Positions 28,040 through 43,432 of a stretch of 64,000 nucleotides of DNA are shown in pieces. This stretch comes from Eledone cirrhosa. Lineage: Eukaryota. A model generated the notes under the pieces. That model made no database searches. It had not been told where the DNA came from and saw only the letters and a program-made list of their open reading frames with translations. The stretch lies in assembly GCA_964016885.1 (NCBI GenBank), contig OZ024743.1:42098001-42162000 (forward strand). Direction: 5' to 3'. The position numbers were made by a program, and so were the translations under genes. Position 1 is the stretch's first letter; each line of letters begins with the position of its first letter.

Positions 28040-28390
28040 AGGACAGGCTCTCTGTTCAGAAATATCAACAAGATAGATTAAATTAAATGGTCGGACCAAG
28101 CAATTTGAAGTAGGCTAACAGGGCGTTTTCCAGCGGGAGAAAAACTTTAGATCAGTTTTCCCGTTGGATAGTTCTACGTGTTGTTGATGATATAGAGTGA
28201 AAAGAGTTGCTCTCTACCTGCATCTGAATGAATGTACCTGTTGAGAAAATCTCCAAATGAACTCATTTATTGTTAGGTGGCTGCGAAGATTATGGCTTTA
28301 GAAAGGCAGGTTCCACGTACAGGAGAGTTGGCAGGCTTTTGAAAATTGCATGTTGGTGTGTGTTTTCTGGTTTGTGAGAGTATGAGCGTT
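28040..28390 (-). mobile_element. Highly decayed Neptune-type PLE endonuclease region
   Basis: Minus-strand PTCNFQKPANSPVRGTCLSKAIIFAAT resembles the CNCRKP..CPL.G.CL...IIY.AT linker. Confidence 0.45.
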
Positions 28391-28802
28391 TTTCAGTTAT
28401 AACACGTCATATTTGACAGTGTCTCATATTTTAACAGTGTCTCAGTTGACAACCATGTGGTATATACATATATATGGGAAACCTTCCTGACTAAAGAAAT
28501 GATTTGGGACAATCCGATTTCCATAAGTTCTATTGATATTAATGTCCTGACGGCGAGAGGTAAAAATCCTTGTGCTGATGCTGACTTGCCAACGACCCCA
28601 CATGAACATAACCGACAAAGGCAGACCCGTAGTAGCATTGTCAAAAACATCGTACACTATTTTGTGGCGTTCTTGACAAATAATTAACGTGTTTTCGTTG
28701 TGAAATATCTTACTACTCGCACTTATCTAAAAGCGTTGCTATAAATAATCATCTTTCATAGTATGTGAAGAGCATCCTTTTGTTTTGAATGTACCCACAA
28801 TT

Positions 28803-28849
<47 letters not shown>

Positions 28850-29037
28850 AGAGAGGGAAAGAGAGAGAGGGGAAATAGAAAAAGAGACACATATGTACAA
28901 AGAAACTCAAACACACACACGTATATGTATATATATATATTGAGTATATGTTGGTTGTATACCAACACCTCAGTATGCAGATTGGAGCACTCGACGAAGT
29001 GCGCAGGTTGGTTTGGTTACTCCAGACTAAGGTCAAA

Positions 29038-29150
29038 TAAATTAAAATAAATAAGGCTGCACAGGCACCATGATAGCCCAGAGATTGATTCCGGTCGGAA
29101 TCAATCTCTGGGCTATCTTGGTGTCTGCTCAGCCTTATTTATTTTAGTTT
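29038..29150. repeat. About 55 bp arm near-perfect palindrome
   Basis: ..gatagcccagagattgattccg-gt-cggaatcaatctctgggctatc.. Confidence 0.9.
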
Positions 29151-29179
29151 ATTTTATATATATACATATATATATGCAG

Positions 29180-29515
29180 AGGTTATATTTAATTTGTTGG
29201 GATTAAACAAGCTGAAAAATGTTTATAACTGATATAAATCACTCAACAAATTATTGGAGTAAATACAGAATATATTAATAAATGGAAACTATATTTATAA
29301 AAGCATATTTATTTTATTATATACATTTCAAGGGCAACCAAGGTAGCTCCAATCGTTAAGGATGTCTTTTTTCAGTGTATGTCAATATTTATTTATGAAA
29401 CAAATGTGTATTTTATCTGATGAAAGCGCATCATAATTTACCTTCGTTTCCCTTGAAATATATATAATAAAATAAATATGGTTTTATAAATATAGTTTCC
29501 ATTTATTATATATTG
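29180..29515. mobile_element. Non-coding pseudo-LTR-like unit with partial inversion (~29272-29333 vs ~29451-29512); homolog at ~45840-46045
   Basis: Reverse-complement arms plus shared sequence with 45840-46045. Confidence 0.7.
29409..29474 (+). ncRNA. Type I hammerhead (family F)
   Basis: TATTTTAT-CTGATGA-AAG..CTT-GAAA-TATATA-TA|ATAAAATA: 8 bp stem I, palindromic stem III. Confidence 0.75.
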
Positions 29516-29516
29516 T

Positions 29517-29564
<48 letters not shown>

Positions 29565-29697
29565 AGTGATGTTTTTTTTACAAAATGAAAATTAACCGAG
29601 GTGTCCTACACGAGTGAAAGTATAAAGAAAAAAAGATGAAATCGAAAATGCAACTGGAGTCTTATTTTTTTTTTAAATATATATATTTATTTGGTTC

Positions 29698-29733
29698 CTT
29701 TACCGGTTTCGCAGTTCTTCTGCTTTTCAAAAG
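29698..29733 (-). ncRNA. Minimal type I hammerhead, U3-A8 variant (family E)
   Basis: Reverse complement of 30569-30604. Confidence 0.72.
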
Positions 29734-30568
29734 TAGAGTTGAGATGGGGGGTCTGTGGTTTTTCTCACATCTGGTTGGTCTCTGAATGTTACTTGTTTTA
29801 TATGGAAAAAGTGGCTCGAAATGCCAGGTTTTTCGAGAAGTAATATGATTGGTTGGTCAATAATTATAATAAATTTCGCGCCAGTTCGCGTTACAATAGT
29901 TCTTCAAATAGGAGTGTGGGTGGGGGTTGTCACAGGTTGTTTTTAAAAAAAAAAGCCTTCGTGAGCCACCTTTTTTTAAGTAAAATGAAATTCAAACACG
30001 CACACACAACACACACACACACACACGCACACACACACAAGCACTCAAATAAACATACATATCTTTACTTTCTTTATTCAATAGAAAATCTGAAATCTGA
30101 CACCCCAGCGAACTAACCATATTCACTGAACCAGAACAATTCTCCCATCCCATTTCTCTTGAACATTATTTTTACTTATCATAAAATTCGCTAAAAAGGC
30201 TACAGAATGAATTTCCAAATAAGGGCACGAAAATTTAATGAAAACTTGTTCACGTGACAGCCATAATTTCATTTATAACCAATCAAATTACGCTTATTTA
30301 AAAAAAAAAGCCTTCGTGAGCCCCTTTTTTCAAGTAAAAAGAAATTCAAACACTCATATATGAAAAAACAACATGTGACAACCCCCCCTCTTATTTGAAG
30401 AACTATTGTAACGCGAACTGGCGCGAAATTTATTATAATTATTGACCAACCAATCAAATTACTTCTCGAAAAACCTGGCGTTTCGAGCCACTTTTTCCAT
30501 ATAAAACAAGTAACGTTCAGAGACCAACCAGATGTGAGAAAAACCACAGACCCTCCATCTCAACTCTA

Positions 30569-30604
30569 CTTTTGAAAAGCAGAAGAACTGCGAAACCGGT
30601 AAAG
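30569..30604 (+). ncRNA. Minimal type I hammerhead, U3-A8 variant (family E)
   Basis: CTT-[TTGAAAA]-GCAG aagaa CTGC-GAAA-CCGG-TA|AAG. Confidence 0.72.
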
Positions 30605-30669
30605 GAAACCAAATAAATATATATATTTTAAAAAAAAAAAGACTCCAGTTGGATTTTCGATTTCATCTT

Positions 30670-30754
<85 letters not shown>

Positions 30755-30881
30755 GGGGCGGTGGGGTTGTCAGTGTGTATGTACTTATTATGTGTCTATC
30801 CATAAATATATAGGTGAATACATATATATACGAGTATATATGAATATATACACACATTCACATAGTAAAAAATGATTCTAA

Positions 30882-31016
30882 CATTAATTGTTTTTACTTT
30901 TGGCACAAGGCCAGCAATTATCCCAGCGCATTGCTGGTATTTTATTTTATCGACCCCGTAACTATGCTGGAAAGCATGGCGTCCGACGCTTTTCCGATAC
31001 TGTCAATCCCCCACCC
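30882..31016 (-). mobile_element. tRNA-derived SINE with internal deletion
   Basis: Reverse complement of the SINE head and tail; B-box region missing. Confidence 0.85.
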
Positions 31017-31152
31017 TTATTCTAATAATAATAATGCTTAATATCTTGCGTGTTGTTGCTAGTATCGATCTTATTAGAGAATATAACATTATACATACTA
31101 CTGCCAACATCGCTAAACATATCCTATTTCATTTCAAGCAACGTATTTAGTA

Positions 31153-31192
<40 letters not shown>

Positions 31193-31194
31193 GT

Positions 31195-31293
<99 letters not shown>

Positions 31294-31958
31294 CACCAAA
31301 TACGGAAAACGCAAATGTAATATATAGGCATGGCGTGTTTAGGAAAAGTTAAAGATAGTCGAATCTCTCAGAGCGCAGACCACTTGCAGTTGTGCTTGCA
31401 TCATTACTCTCGATTGCGCTATTAAATACTTGACTGAACGTCTATTTCATCTGAATCAAGGATTGTTATCATAATCGGATCTTTCAAAATTTGTGGAATA
31501 TAAATACTAAAGAAGAATTCGTTCATGAAAGTTCATTTTCAATAAGCATTCATTGACTTACGCAACATTTATATTATTTCTGATTAAATACACTTTGCTG
31601 CTGCCTCACTGAACAACAGATCACAACCTATCTCGTCTCATGCATGTATATCTACTTTGTTTTAGAAACTTTGTATCAGTACATATATACATTTATATAC
31701 ATACAATTTTGTATTATATAATCTAACACTTTTATATATACAAGTTATGTGGCATTTATTCGGTGGCGAAATCAGTACAGTATCGATCAGACAAAGAAAT
31801 CCATTTTATTTTCCACTTATTTACATCATGATTTCAAATCACACCATGATCAACTCCTGGTTGTTTGATTAATAAATACATATAGATATATATTGATATG
31901 AATGAAAATTTATTGATTCATTTGTCACATTCAGCAGGTCGATATTTCACTCATATAA

Positions 31959-32042
<84 letters not shown>

Positions 32043-32601
32043 ATATATATATATGTATATGTATGTATATAAGTACATAGGTCCATGTGTGTCTACCCAC
32101 CATGTATGTCAAGTAAAACTTCCGAACATTGATTTAATATATCATCTGCATAATAAATATATTATTAATCGGAATATTAACATAACTAATTTCCGATTTT
32201 TTCGAACGAGTTACGTTATTTGATCAATATATTGATAGAGCTAATAGAGATCTGTCTTAACGAGAACATTTTGGTTGGATTGCTTTTGATCACCAAAAGT
32301 AATATTTATTTCTTTATTTATTTATTTTTACAACGTGTCTGTGATCCCGAAATCTCACACATAACTATATTACCGTAATTACTCTCACTTCCGATCATCT
32401 GGTTCGCTATTTCCTACTTACCATATTACACCGGACCTCATAAGTGTGACAGAATAACTGTTGTTCGAATTCCAGAGTGAATAATTGCATTCTGATATTT
32501 AATTAAATGACACCTTTCTGCCTCATATATATATATATATATATTTCGTTTCTGAATTTGTTTAGCAAGATTCTTTATATGAAAGCGTGTGTTTAAACCG
32601 A

Positions 32602-32833
<232 letters not shown>

Positions 32834-33956
32834 GCGTGTGTATGTGTAAGTCTGGGCGCGTGCGTTCGTGTGTTTGTGTGTATGTATGTGTGTATACAAG
32901 CGCACACACATACACACATTTATTTATGCACATATGCCTATATATATTCATTTTATTAAGGCTAAATAGTGCTCGTCCGTGATACAGAGCACACACATTT
33001 AGTTATTAGTGTTACATTCGGGACTGTGTGAGTGATAAACAATTCAGTTGAAAGTTGAGTGGTGTTCTATGTCTTAGCAGACGTATTTCATTGACATACT
33101 TTTACTTAGCAAACTCGCGTATGCTGATGATGGCAGTCTTCCGGAACGTAAATTTAATTAGGTAGTGTTGGTTTAAACCTCTAGCATTCAAACCAGCTGT
33201 ATATGGCCAGAATTCTCTCACCTCATTCTGTTCAAACTGGCCATAACTGGCTGCTCATACTTATGTTAAGCTATTGTTCTTAAAATAAATAGTATCAAAA
33301 TCTCATAGATTCGATATAGTGGTATAATTATTTCAGATAAAGATTTTATTGCGAAAATACAATAGTAAATATAGATTAATGTAAATGCTAAAGCGTTAAC
33401 CCTGGATTTTCAGAAACAAATATCTTCTATCAGTGTTCTACAATGTTTGTTCTTTTTTTTTAAATCAGGAAATAAGGTGTTTCGTTTCAGGTTTATGATG
33501 GAATACATTGGAAATTGTCATTTCCCATAATGAAATCAACAATTTGAGTGAACGTGTATAGCTCTCCTCTGTTGACAATAGTTCTGGTAAAAGTGAGAAT
33601 TTTACAGTGACGAATACAAATCCTGAAGCGATGTGTAGAATTTAGTCTGTTATTTGGCACTTCTAAACGTTATTGCACAGATCACAGGAAAATCACTAGT
33701 GATGATGTATTTCTCAGTTATATATTAGACATAGGTTTTCGATCCATTACAAAACAGTGTTACGTTGTAAAATAAAAACATCTGGTATTGCATTTACATG
33801 TCTAATCACCAAAGGTAAAACGAAATGTGAGTGTAAGAGAACAAAAGGAATAGCGTACATTTTAAAATCAACTTTTCATATATATGCATATAATATATAT
33901 ATATATATAAATATGTACAAATATGTATGCAAATATATATATATATATATATATAA

Positions 33957-34115
33957 GAAAATGTTTGACCCCGATGGTAGAGCTCCGGCCGTTTCGACGG
34001 CTGTTTCTGGACTTAGTCCAGAAATAGTCGTTGAAACGGCTTGAGCTCTGCCATCGGGGTCAAACATTTTCCTATTACCCAATCTACTATCCTAAGTATT
34101 GAGTACTCTGGTGCG
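33957..34115. repeat. Palindromic copy of the 1486 repeat family (arms ~57 bp)
   Basis: gaaaatgtttgaccccgatggtagagctc..tctggact-t-agtccaga..gagctctgccatcggggtcaaacattttc. Confidence 0.85.
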
Positions 34116-34767
34116 TTATGTACGTATGTATACGCACACATATGTATACATATTTACATATATATATATGCGCACACACATATATAATATATATATATAT
34201 ATATATGTTCGCGTATTTGTTTGTGTAAGTGTGTGTGCTTGAGCGTCTGAATGTATGTGTATTAATATTTGTGTATGTGTAAGCATATATGTAGTGATCT
34301 TATGCATAATAGCCAGTCGACGTATTACAAAATACTAATAAACGCAAATATAAACATACAAACATGCTTTCAAATCTCGGTGATTAAAATTAGTCAAAAT
34401 CGAATAGTTCGTCGATGTTCACATGTGAAATAATCGATGTTGCACTTACTGAAGCGTTAAATCCGATAGTAAACTGACAAATGCTATGAGTGGTAAAATA
34501 AAAGACAGGCTTTTTCAGTCAAGCGAACATTCAAATAAGATTAAACATCGAAATAAATGTTGAAGTAGTTTGACATTTCCGCCATCAGGATATATAATTA
34601 TAACATTTGTACGATAGAAAAAATGTTTTTGTTGTTGATTTTGGGAAGCCCTGTTCCTACCATCACATAATATGATGGAAACATAGTAATAAGTAAATGA
34701 ATAAATGAATTAATAAATATAAATCGGGATGAAAGAAACTGGTTAGTGATTATTATTTAATGAATAA

Positions 34768-34958
34768 GGGCGGTGGATTGGCAGTATCGGTAGAGGGTCG
34801 GACGCCATGCTTTCCAGCATAGTTACGTCCCTTTACGATCTCAGTTCAAATCCCGCCGAGGTTGACTTTGCCTTTCATCCTTACGGGGTCGATAAAATAA
34901 AGTACCAGTAATGCACTGGGTAATTGCTGGCTTTGCGCCAAAAGTAAAAACAATTATT
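34768..34958 (+). mobile_element. Full-length tRNA-derived SINE with 15 bp target-site duplication
   Basis: attatttaatgaata at 34752-34766 and 34953-34967. Confidence 0.95.
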
Positions 34959-35109
34959 TAATGAATATATAATATATCTGCATGTATAGAAATGGTAGAA
35001 ATATAGTAATATAGAATGTTAAGAGAATATACACGAACGCATATTGTACACTACCGATGATGTTCATTCATATATATATATACACAAATATATATATATA
35101 TATATATAT

Positions 35110-36359
<1,250 letters not shown>

Positions 36360-36613
36360 TGTATATACATATCAAAGTTATATATTGAGTTAGAATCTCA
36401 AAATAGCATCTTACAATTAAATAGCTAAAAAACAGAGGTTTTTCTGAGCCGTGTAATATAATTGAATATAAAAGAAAGATAAACACATGTGTGTTCATAT
36501 TTAGGAAAATATAACATGTATTTATGAATAATTTATACAATTATATATATATATATATATTAGTTATATATATATTAGTTATAAGAATCAAAGTTCTGTT
36601 CAAATCATTTATA

Positions 36614-36660
36614 TGCTTACAATTGTTTCCTCCAAACCGAGGTTTGTATTCTTCGAAACA
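36614..36660 (-). ncRNA. Degenerate hammerhead downstream of the minus-strand PLE
   Basis: Minus: TGTT-tcGAAGA-ata-CAAACC tc GGTTTG-gag-GAAA-CAATTG-TA|AGCA; C3/U4 mutated. Confidence 0.4.
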
Positions 36661-38134
36661 ATTTATTAATGAATGATCACATATATGACCTCCTTTTTAA
36701 CCCAAGAGACATACAGATCCATATGCAAACATTGATGCTTGGTGGGTCGACATACATTATAACATTTAGTGTGGCAGTATACATATAGAGATTACATTCA
36801 TATCAAAAGAGGATAAAAATAAAAATTCTGGTTAAAATACAACATGAAATTAATGCGATAGGATAGTCATAAGCAGTTATTGAGTGCAATAGCTACACGT
36901 GTGGCAAGCAGGTGTGTCTTGTTTATATAATGCTATAGTGCGGCAGAGTGTTACATGTAATAGAAGCACTTAAACGGGGGATCAAGAGTGTTAAGGGGGT
37001 TGAACTGGTAATGAATCCTTTATATGAATGTTATAGAAGCCTGTGCGTGGAGAAATACTATAAACATTAAAAATATTGGAAATGCGTAGCAAAGCGATGA
37101 TATGGATTTCATGTACAGCAGCATTTTCACAGTCCGGTGAGCGTATTATTCAGATTATATGCCCCTCACATAATCCACGACGATTCAATATTGGGCGTAT
37201 GACGATTCTGTTAGAGTATCATAGTTTGTTGGTCTTTAGCTCAATATAGCAGATTGTTAAGTTGCGAGAATCAACATCGAATTATTTTCCTGAAGTGTGT
37301 GTGTGACTAAGGGAGTTAATGCGTGAGGGGAGGTAACTCAGTGATTTCTATGACTAAATATTAAATGGTGTCTCAAAATAGTCCCTATCTTATATGGTTA
37401 TATACAGTTTCTAAAAATTTAAAGTGTCTTAACTATAATGTAGTCTATCAAGAAGTATTAAAGGTGTTCATATTATTGTTATTATCCTCCATTATATAGT
37501 GCCACAATTGAATATTTCACACGATGAGCGAGATTTCCAGGTCAATGATCATTGTAATTGTAGTCTACTCATAGAACCTGGCAGGGTGATTATAGAATCA
37601 CTTCTATATATAATAATCCCTGGTAAGTTCTGGGTCAGTGCATGTCATATTGGATGTCAAACGTTAACTATCACTAGGGTAGACCAGAGGTCAATCCACA
37701 CTTATCATGTCACTAATCCGACCATCAATTCATACATATATGTACAACCCATATGCCACTTGCATTTCATTCACTGCACTCAGCATATAGGTTATATAGC
37801 TCATTAATATTTCTAAATTAATTAGTCTTCCATTTATCCAACGATGGCACTTCATCCACAGAGCACCAACAATACAATTAATTTAATGTTTAAATTTTAC
37901 ATCAATTATATAGTGGTGTAATGCAGTTCAAGCAATTGGATGCAGCCCCACCTAAAGTAGATGTACAAAGGGGTATTCTTACTGTGAAGGGTTCTAGAGG
38001 GATGTCACTATTAGTGTTACATTGGACCAATAAGTGTGGGGATGTGGTATAAGGTGTGCCCTTGGTGTTTGATGCTAGAGGTGGTGCCTGGTTCAAGTCG
38101 GACATTGCTATATATTGGGCTTAAAGTTTTGGAA

Positions 38135-39260
38135 GGAATGTCTGAAGCGGTGCTGGCAAGTCGCGAACACTTCAGATGTTTTGTTAAGTAGGTTCTGGTT
38201 AGAGAAGATAATAGTGTGGGTCTCTAGTAGACAGAGGTTACAAAATTTATTAGGTGGTTTGTACGAAGTCGCGCTACCTATCACTTCCCATTTGAGTGTG
38301 TAAGATTTATTTTTAGTTTTTAGATAGTGTATGTAGCTAGATAGTGAGGTGGAGTTGGCTAGACTGTGTTTTTTGAACGAGTTGATGTGCGAATTATACC
38401 TGGTTTTGAAGCAGATAGAAGTGGAGCTACATAGGTTTCTGAAGAGTTGCTAGTTGTGACGGTGCATGAGTATATTATATCCTTGATTAAGCATTTTTTT
38501 ATCTAAAGGGCAAGTTCTATTTGCTCTACAGTTACAATTATTCTTGGTATTAGTCTGTTGGTTAAAATGTTGTGTATAAGTCCGGGTGGTAGCTATAGGA
38601 TTTTGGATATGGGGGTTGTCGTCCCCGGTTTTATTGCTTATACTAGTGCTATTACTACTATTACTGCCGTTATTAGGGTTACTTGCTACACTGTTATTTT
38701 GAAGGTTTACCCCCTGTTGCGATTTAGTTTGTTGGAAGTGAGAATTAATTTTTCTTTTATTGCTACTAGCTATGTGGTATGCTATGTTAGGCGTCGTAGA
38801 GTAGGAGATTTTAATAGTGTTTTTGTTTAAAAGGTTATGGTACTTGTGTCCTAGAGGGAAGTCTTTATCTAGTAGCGAGAAGAAAGCCCTAGGTATGTTG
38901 GTAGAGACGTTTAGGTTGAAAGGAGGGTTTAAAAATGTATTATTTCTTCTGTTTTTTGTTTTTAGTGTCTGGTGTGTTGTTTCCTCTTAAGGTACTACGG
39001 TAGTTTCTGTGGTAAGGGTTACTTTTGATGGCATCCTCCGTTCTAGTGTGCGTGGGGTTGCTATTCTTATTACTAGGTTTCCTCATGGACATATTGTGCG
39101 AGATAATGTTGTAGCTATGTGTTTTCGTAGGTAGGAACTCAATCTCTATATTATGGCCGGATCTAGCTAATGCTTGATTATAATATTGCGAGTTTTTGCT
39201 AAATATGTTTGCGTCATAGGATAGATTAGAGATTCTGTAAAAGATCTGATGTTATTACAT
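38135..39260 (-). mobile_element. Neptune-type Penelope-like element 3' part (linker plus GIY-YIG)
   Basis: Minus: SNLSYDANIF..YYNQALARSG; FLNPPFNLNVSTNI..LLDKDFP; FKTRYNSHINSF; LKWEVI; CNLCLLE; LLNKTSE..TCQH. Confidence 0.88.
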
Positions 39261-39310
39261 TGAGCTATTTAACTTACCAGTAAGTTCTGAATAGTTCTGA
39301 AGCCATAACT

Positions 39311-39625
39311 TACGTCGGAATGTCTGAGAGCCGGTTCGAATGTAAGTATCTGAACCAGGAAGCAACCTTTAGACATACTGACAAAAGTCATGCTACCCAG
39401 TTCAGAAACCATGTATGGAGCCTTAAAAGTAACGGCATACTTTTTTTTCCATTAAATGAAGCATATTAGAAAAATCTACCCTTCATATTAATTGGATGAG
39501 ATATGGCCGGCTATGTAATTTGGAAACGTGGAATATACTCTCCAACCTGGCTTCAGAGAAACACCGCATAAATACACGCCTTGACTGTATCAATCACTGT
39601 CCATACAAAGCGAAATTCAATCGGA
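39311..39625 (+). mobile_element. Second PLE GIY-YIG fragment in the opposite orientation
   Basis: YVGMSESRF..EATFRHTDKSHATQFRNHVWSLK..LCNLETW..HCPYKAKF. Confidence 0.75.
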
Positions 39626-39843
39626 GATAATGGTATATGCAAAACTAACTAATTTGAATTTCTATGAATATATTTTCTTAAAATTACTAACTATTTTGAA
39701 TTTCAAGGAATTTCATTTCTTTGAATTACTAACCTAGCATAAGTTCCCTGCATAAGAGGATTTTCTTAGAGCTACAGCTTCTTAATATATCTAATAATTT
39801 TCTTTATTAATAGATAATTTCGAAATTTCCATCCCTTAAAGAT

Positions 39844-39948
<105 letters not shown>

Positions 39949-40704
39949 TGAGTTTGATCATGCAGAAGTGAACGCGTACACATGCTTTAATATTTACTAT
40001 AACGAATATTTCAACACGTGATATCTCATCTAGTGGTAAATGTATATAATAACCTAGAACAAATTTAGCTCATTACCTAGTGCTATTGAAAAAGCGAATT
40101 GGAACAAAAATCATAAAAGAAAATATTTTCAGCTTGTTTCAAATACATATTTATTTGGAGCTCATGTGAAAATGTAATAAAAAATCAATGAAATCTCGCA
40201 GTGCCATAGGAGGAGAATTGGCAGAAAGCACATAGCGACGTCTATCATATATCTACCAAAGCTGCCTGAAGATATCTTCCTTATCTATTTAGCAAAGAGG
40301 ATTTTACTTGCAGTCTTCAGAGATGATATATACATCAATGTCTTTGGGTATGATTGTTAGAAATATTCTTAGATGGAAGATTTATAGACATTTTTCATAT
40401 TAGTTACTTGTTCTATAATTATAATCATGATAGCTAAATTGCGGAAAGGGTTAGACAATATATTGCTGGATTTTACTTGTTTTGTTATGAATAACAGAAG
40501 ATTCTATGTATCATATGTTTTATTGTTAATTCAAGTAGCGAAGGCCAATACGTTTGACCCTTTTCATGGCTTTCGACACAGGTCCCTGGGTGGTATTGGA
40601 TAGAATTACTTTGGAACGGAAACCATATTGCTGGCATCAGCGATGGTTCGGCTAAAGATACCTAAGAATCGTGAAAGATACCTAAGCAACGTGAAATAAA
40701 GTGT

Positions 40705-40880
40705 CCTGTGTTGTTTCCTTGAGTAAGACACTTTACTCCACGTTGCTCTAGTTTACTCAGCTGTAGAAATGAGATGATATGACTGGGGTTCTGTCATTAA
40801 ACTAGTCAAGACACCTCCAAACAAGATATACCTTGGAGGAGGGCAACTAAACCTGCATAGTTGTGAGCTATCACACAAAC
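40705..40880 (+). mobile_element. Second SINE family, 5' truncated
   Basis: tgtgttgtttccttgagtaagacactttactccacgttgctctagtttactcagctg; homologous to 44108 and 45077. Confidence 0.75.
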
Positions 40881-42967
40881 ACTTAAGAATCAGGTGGTGT
40901 TCTTAGGATAGATTTTTATCTGGATTCAGAACGCAAATATCCGAAATATTATTCTACGCACTATCAATGATGCATTGAACATGTTAATATAAATCTGGAT
41001 ACATTGTTTGACACTATTGTGTATAGGGTTGTTTGAGCAAACACTAAACCTGAAATGTAAACGTCTTCCAGATACTTCTGAAAAACTGAGGAAAACTAAA
41101 AAGAGATAAAGACTTTATATCCTCAAACGAATCATAAACGTACATCTAAATTGAATAGGGTCTGAATTAATTAATGATTTGAAAATATCGACAGTTACTC
41201 TTTGATATTCAACAATTCTAGCGTAGTTCTCGTGTGGATTTAGCGTGAGAGTATGTGCGTTAAACACATATTAAAATCATTTTTCTCATCTGAGAGACAT
41301 GAAGGAACACGAAATAAAATATCTTACTCTTGTGATCATGAGTTGAACAGTCTAGTATTTAAACCATGCAGCTATACAACAAATAACTACCACACTATTA
41401 ACAAGTTAATACATATGTAATCTTTCTACATATAGCAGTTGTAATGTACACGATGAACATATCCATAAATTGCAATTTCCATAATCGGTAATCCTTCCTC
41501 TTATTCAGTAGCTTCAACCTATAACTACACAATCTTCCTTCACCTACACAAAACCTGCAGACATATGTGTACGACTCGACATTGTCTATATATTGAAGCA
41601 CAATTACTATACAACTCTGAATATATCACCTAGAAATCTGGTTCCACCTACTACTTAAATTACCTATGCGTGCGTTAATAGTAATGACACAATATTAGAT
41701 GAAATATTATATGTAATATTAATGCTTAAATTTGGCGATGCGTTAAATACTTCATCTATAATTTTCTGTAAAATTAACATAATTGTCATATATTGTGGAG
41801 ACATTGCAAGCAAACCACATCGTAATAATGGTTTTGCTTGCAGGCTTAGACAATAAATAATGAGAAAGATCATTAAAGGTTTTCTAGTGGCCTAAATTAA
41901 ATTTATGCTTGCCTGATTATCTGATTAGCTTCAATATATATAACTGATGTTTAGTTTATATAATATTAATTTATATTCAGCTATGAACAATAAAAATGTG
42001 AATATGGTCAGGTGAATTACAAGATTATTTATCCACATGCTAAGGTTAACTCTAACTGTAAATACTTATCTCCCATTCGAATTTCCTTGAAGAAATTCTT
42101 GAATACTGGGGCGACTAATTTTCTTCTCATCTCTTCTCTCTCCTCGTCTTATTCGCCTTCTCTCGATCCTACTCTCCCTTTCCCCATCTTCCTGGTATTC
42201 TCTGTCTCCCCAACACTCTATCTTTTCCATATGATATAATGTGTCCAGTTATTTTATGTTGAATTTACCAATCAGTGTGGGTCTCCACCATATCTTGTGC
42301 TGCTCTCTCTCTTACCTCTATATGTTCTCAATATTGGAACAATGATTTAATACAAATGCATTTCTTAAATGTTAACTTCTTTATTTAAGATGGCAGAAAG
42401 CTTTTTGAGGATATCTTTACTGTTGTTCTTTTCAGACCAATCAACTGTGGAAAGTTTACTGATTTAATGTGTGACAAGTATTTTCTTCTTTTCGTGTTGA
42501 TGTTCGCTCGCTCCTGTCTTAGTATGTTTATTTGGATGAAGGTGTATAGATGTTTGATGTAAAGTTCTACTTTATTATATTTGGTACACCTATACTTCAA
42601 CCTGTGAAAAGCGGTGAAGATGATTATGAATGTTCATAAGACGTTGGATAAATAGTAAAGAAGTCTGCGATATACCTCGATACTAATTACAATTATATCT
42701 CGTATGCACACTCCCTATTAATTAAACATAGGAAACACATAAATATAAAATTCAAATATTAAAAATGATTTAAATAAACTGTTGACTACAAATCTAAACG
42801 TATTTCCATTTTTTTTTTTTCTGAAAAATTTGTTGTAGAAAAGTCTAGCTTGGTGTTCCCGTTCAATCAATGTTATGTGTAACATTCAACAAAAGCGTTG
42901 TCTACTTAAATTAACCACTCCTCACTTTACGTTCAAGAAAATGTTGTTTGCAAAGACATGGTAAGAT

Positions 42968-43432
42968 AATAATTGTTTCTACTTTAGGCACAATGTCAGG
43001 AATTTGGGGGGAGGGGAAGGTTGATTAAAACGACTCCAATGCATTACTGGTGCTTTATTTTGTCGACGCCGTAAGGATGTAAGACAAAGCGAAACTCGAT
43101 GGAATTTGAACTCAGATCGTAAAGGGGCGTAACCCTATACCATACAGATTATTGTCCGACTCTCCACCGATACTGTCCTAAAGATAATAATTGTTTCTAC
43201 TTTTGGCACAAGGCCAGCAATTATCCAGTACATTACTGGTACTTTATTTTATAGACCCCGTAAGGATGAAAGGCAAAGTTAACCTCGACAGGATTTGAAC
43301 TCAGACCGTAAAGGGACGTAACTATGCTGGAAAGATAATAATTGTTTCTACTTTAGACACAAGGCCAGCAATTACCCAGTACATTACTGGTACTTTATTT
43401 TATCGACCCCGTAGGGATGAAAGGCAAAGTTA
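42968..43432 (-). mobile_element. Three tandem or partial tRNA-SINE copies
   Basis: Reverse complements of the SINE tail (aattgtttctactt..gcacaaggccagc) and B-box. Confidence 0.88.

Larger units (their letters stand above)
29628..30673. mobile_element. Fold-back element: ~310 bp inverted arms (29628-29940 / 30363-30673) plus a direct repeat (29946-29998 / 30301-30353)
   Basis: Arms are near-identical reverse complements, seen in the ORF track as the same peptide on both strands. Confidence 0.85.

Noticed and set aside
33124-33150. CTGATGA-TGG..CC-GGAACGTA
   Set aside because: Core mutated and no stem I; at best a very old remnant.
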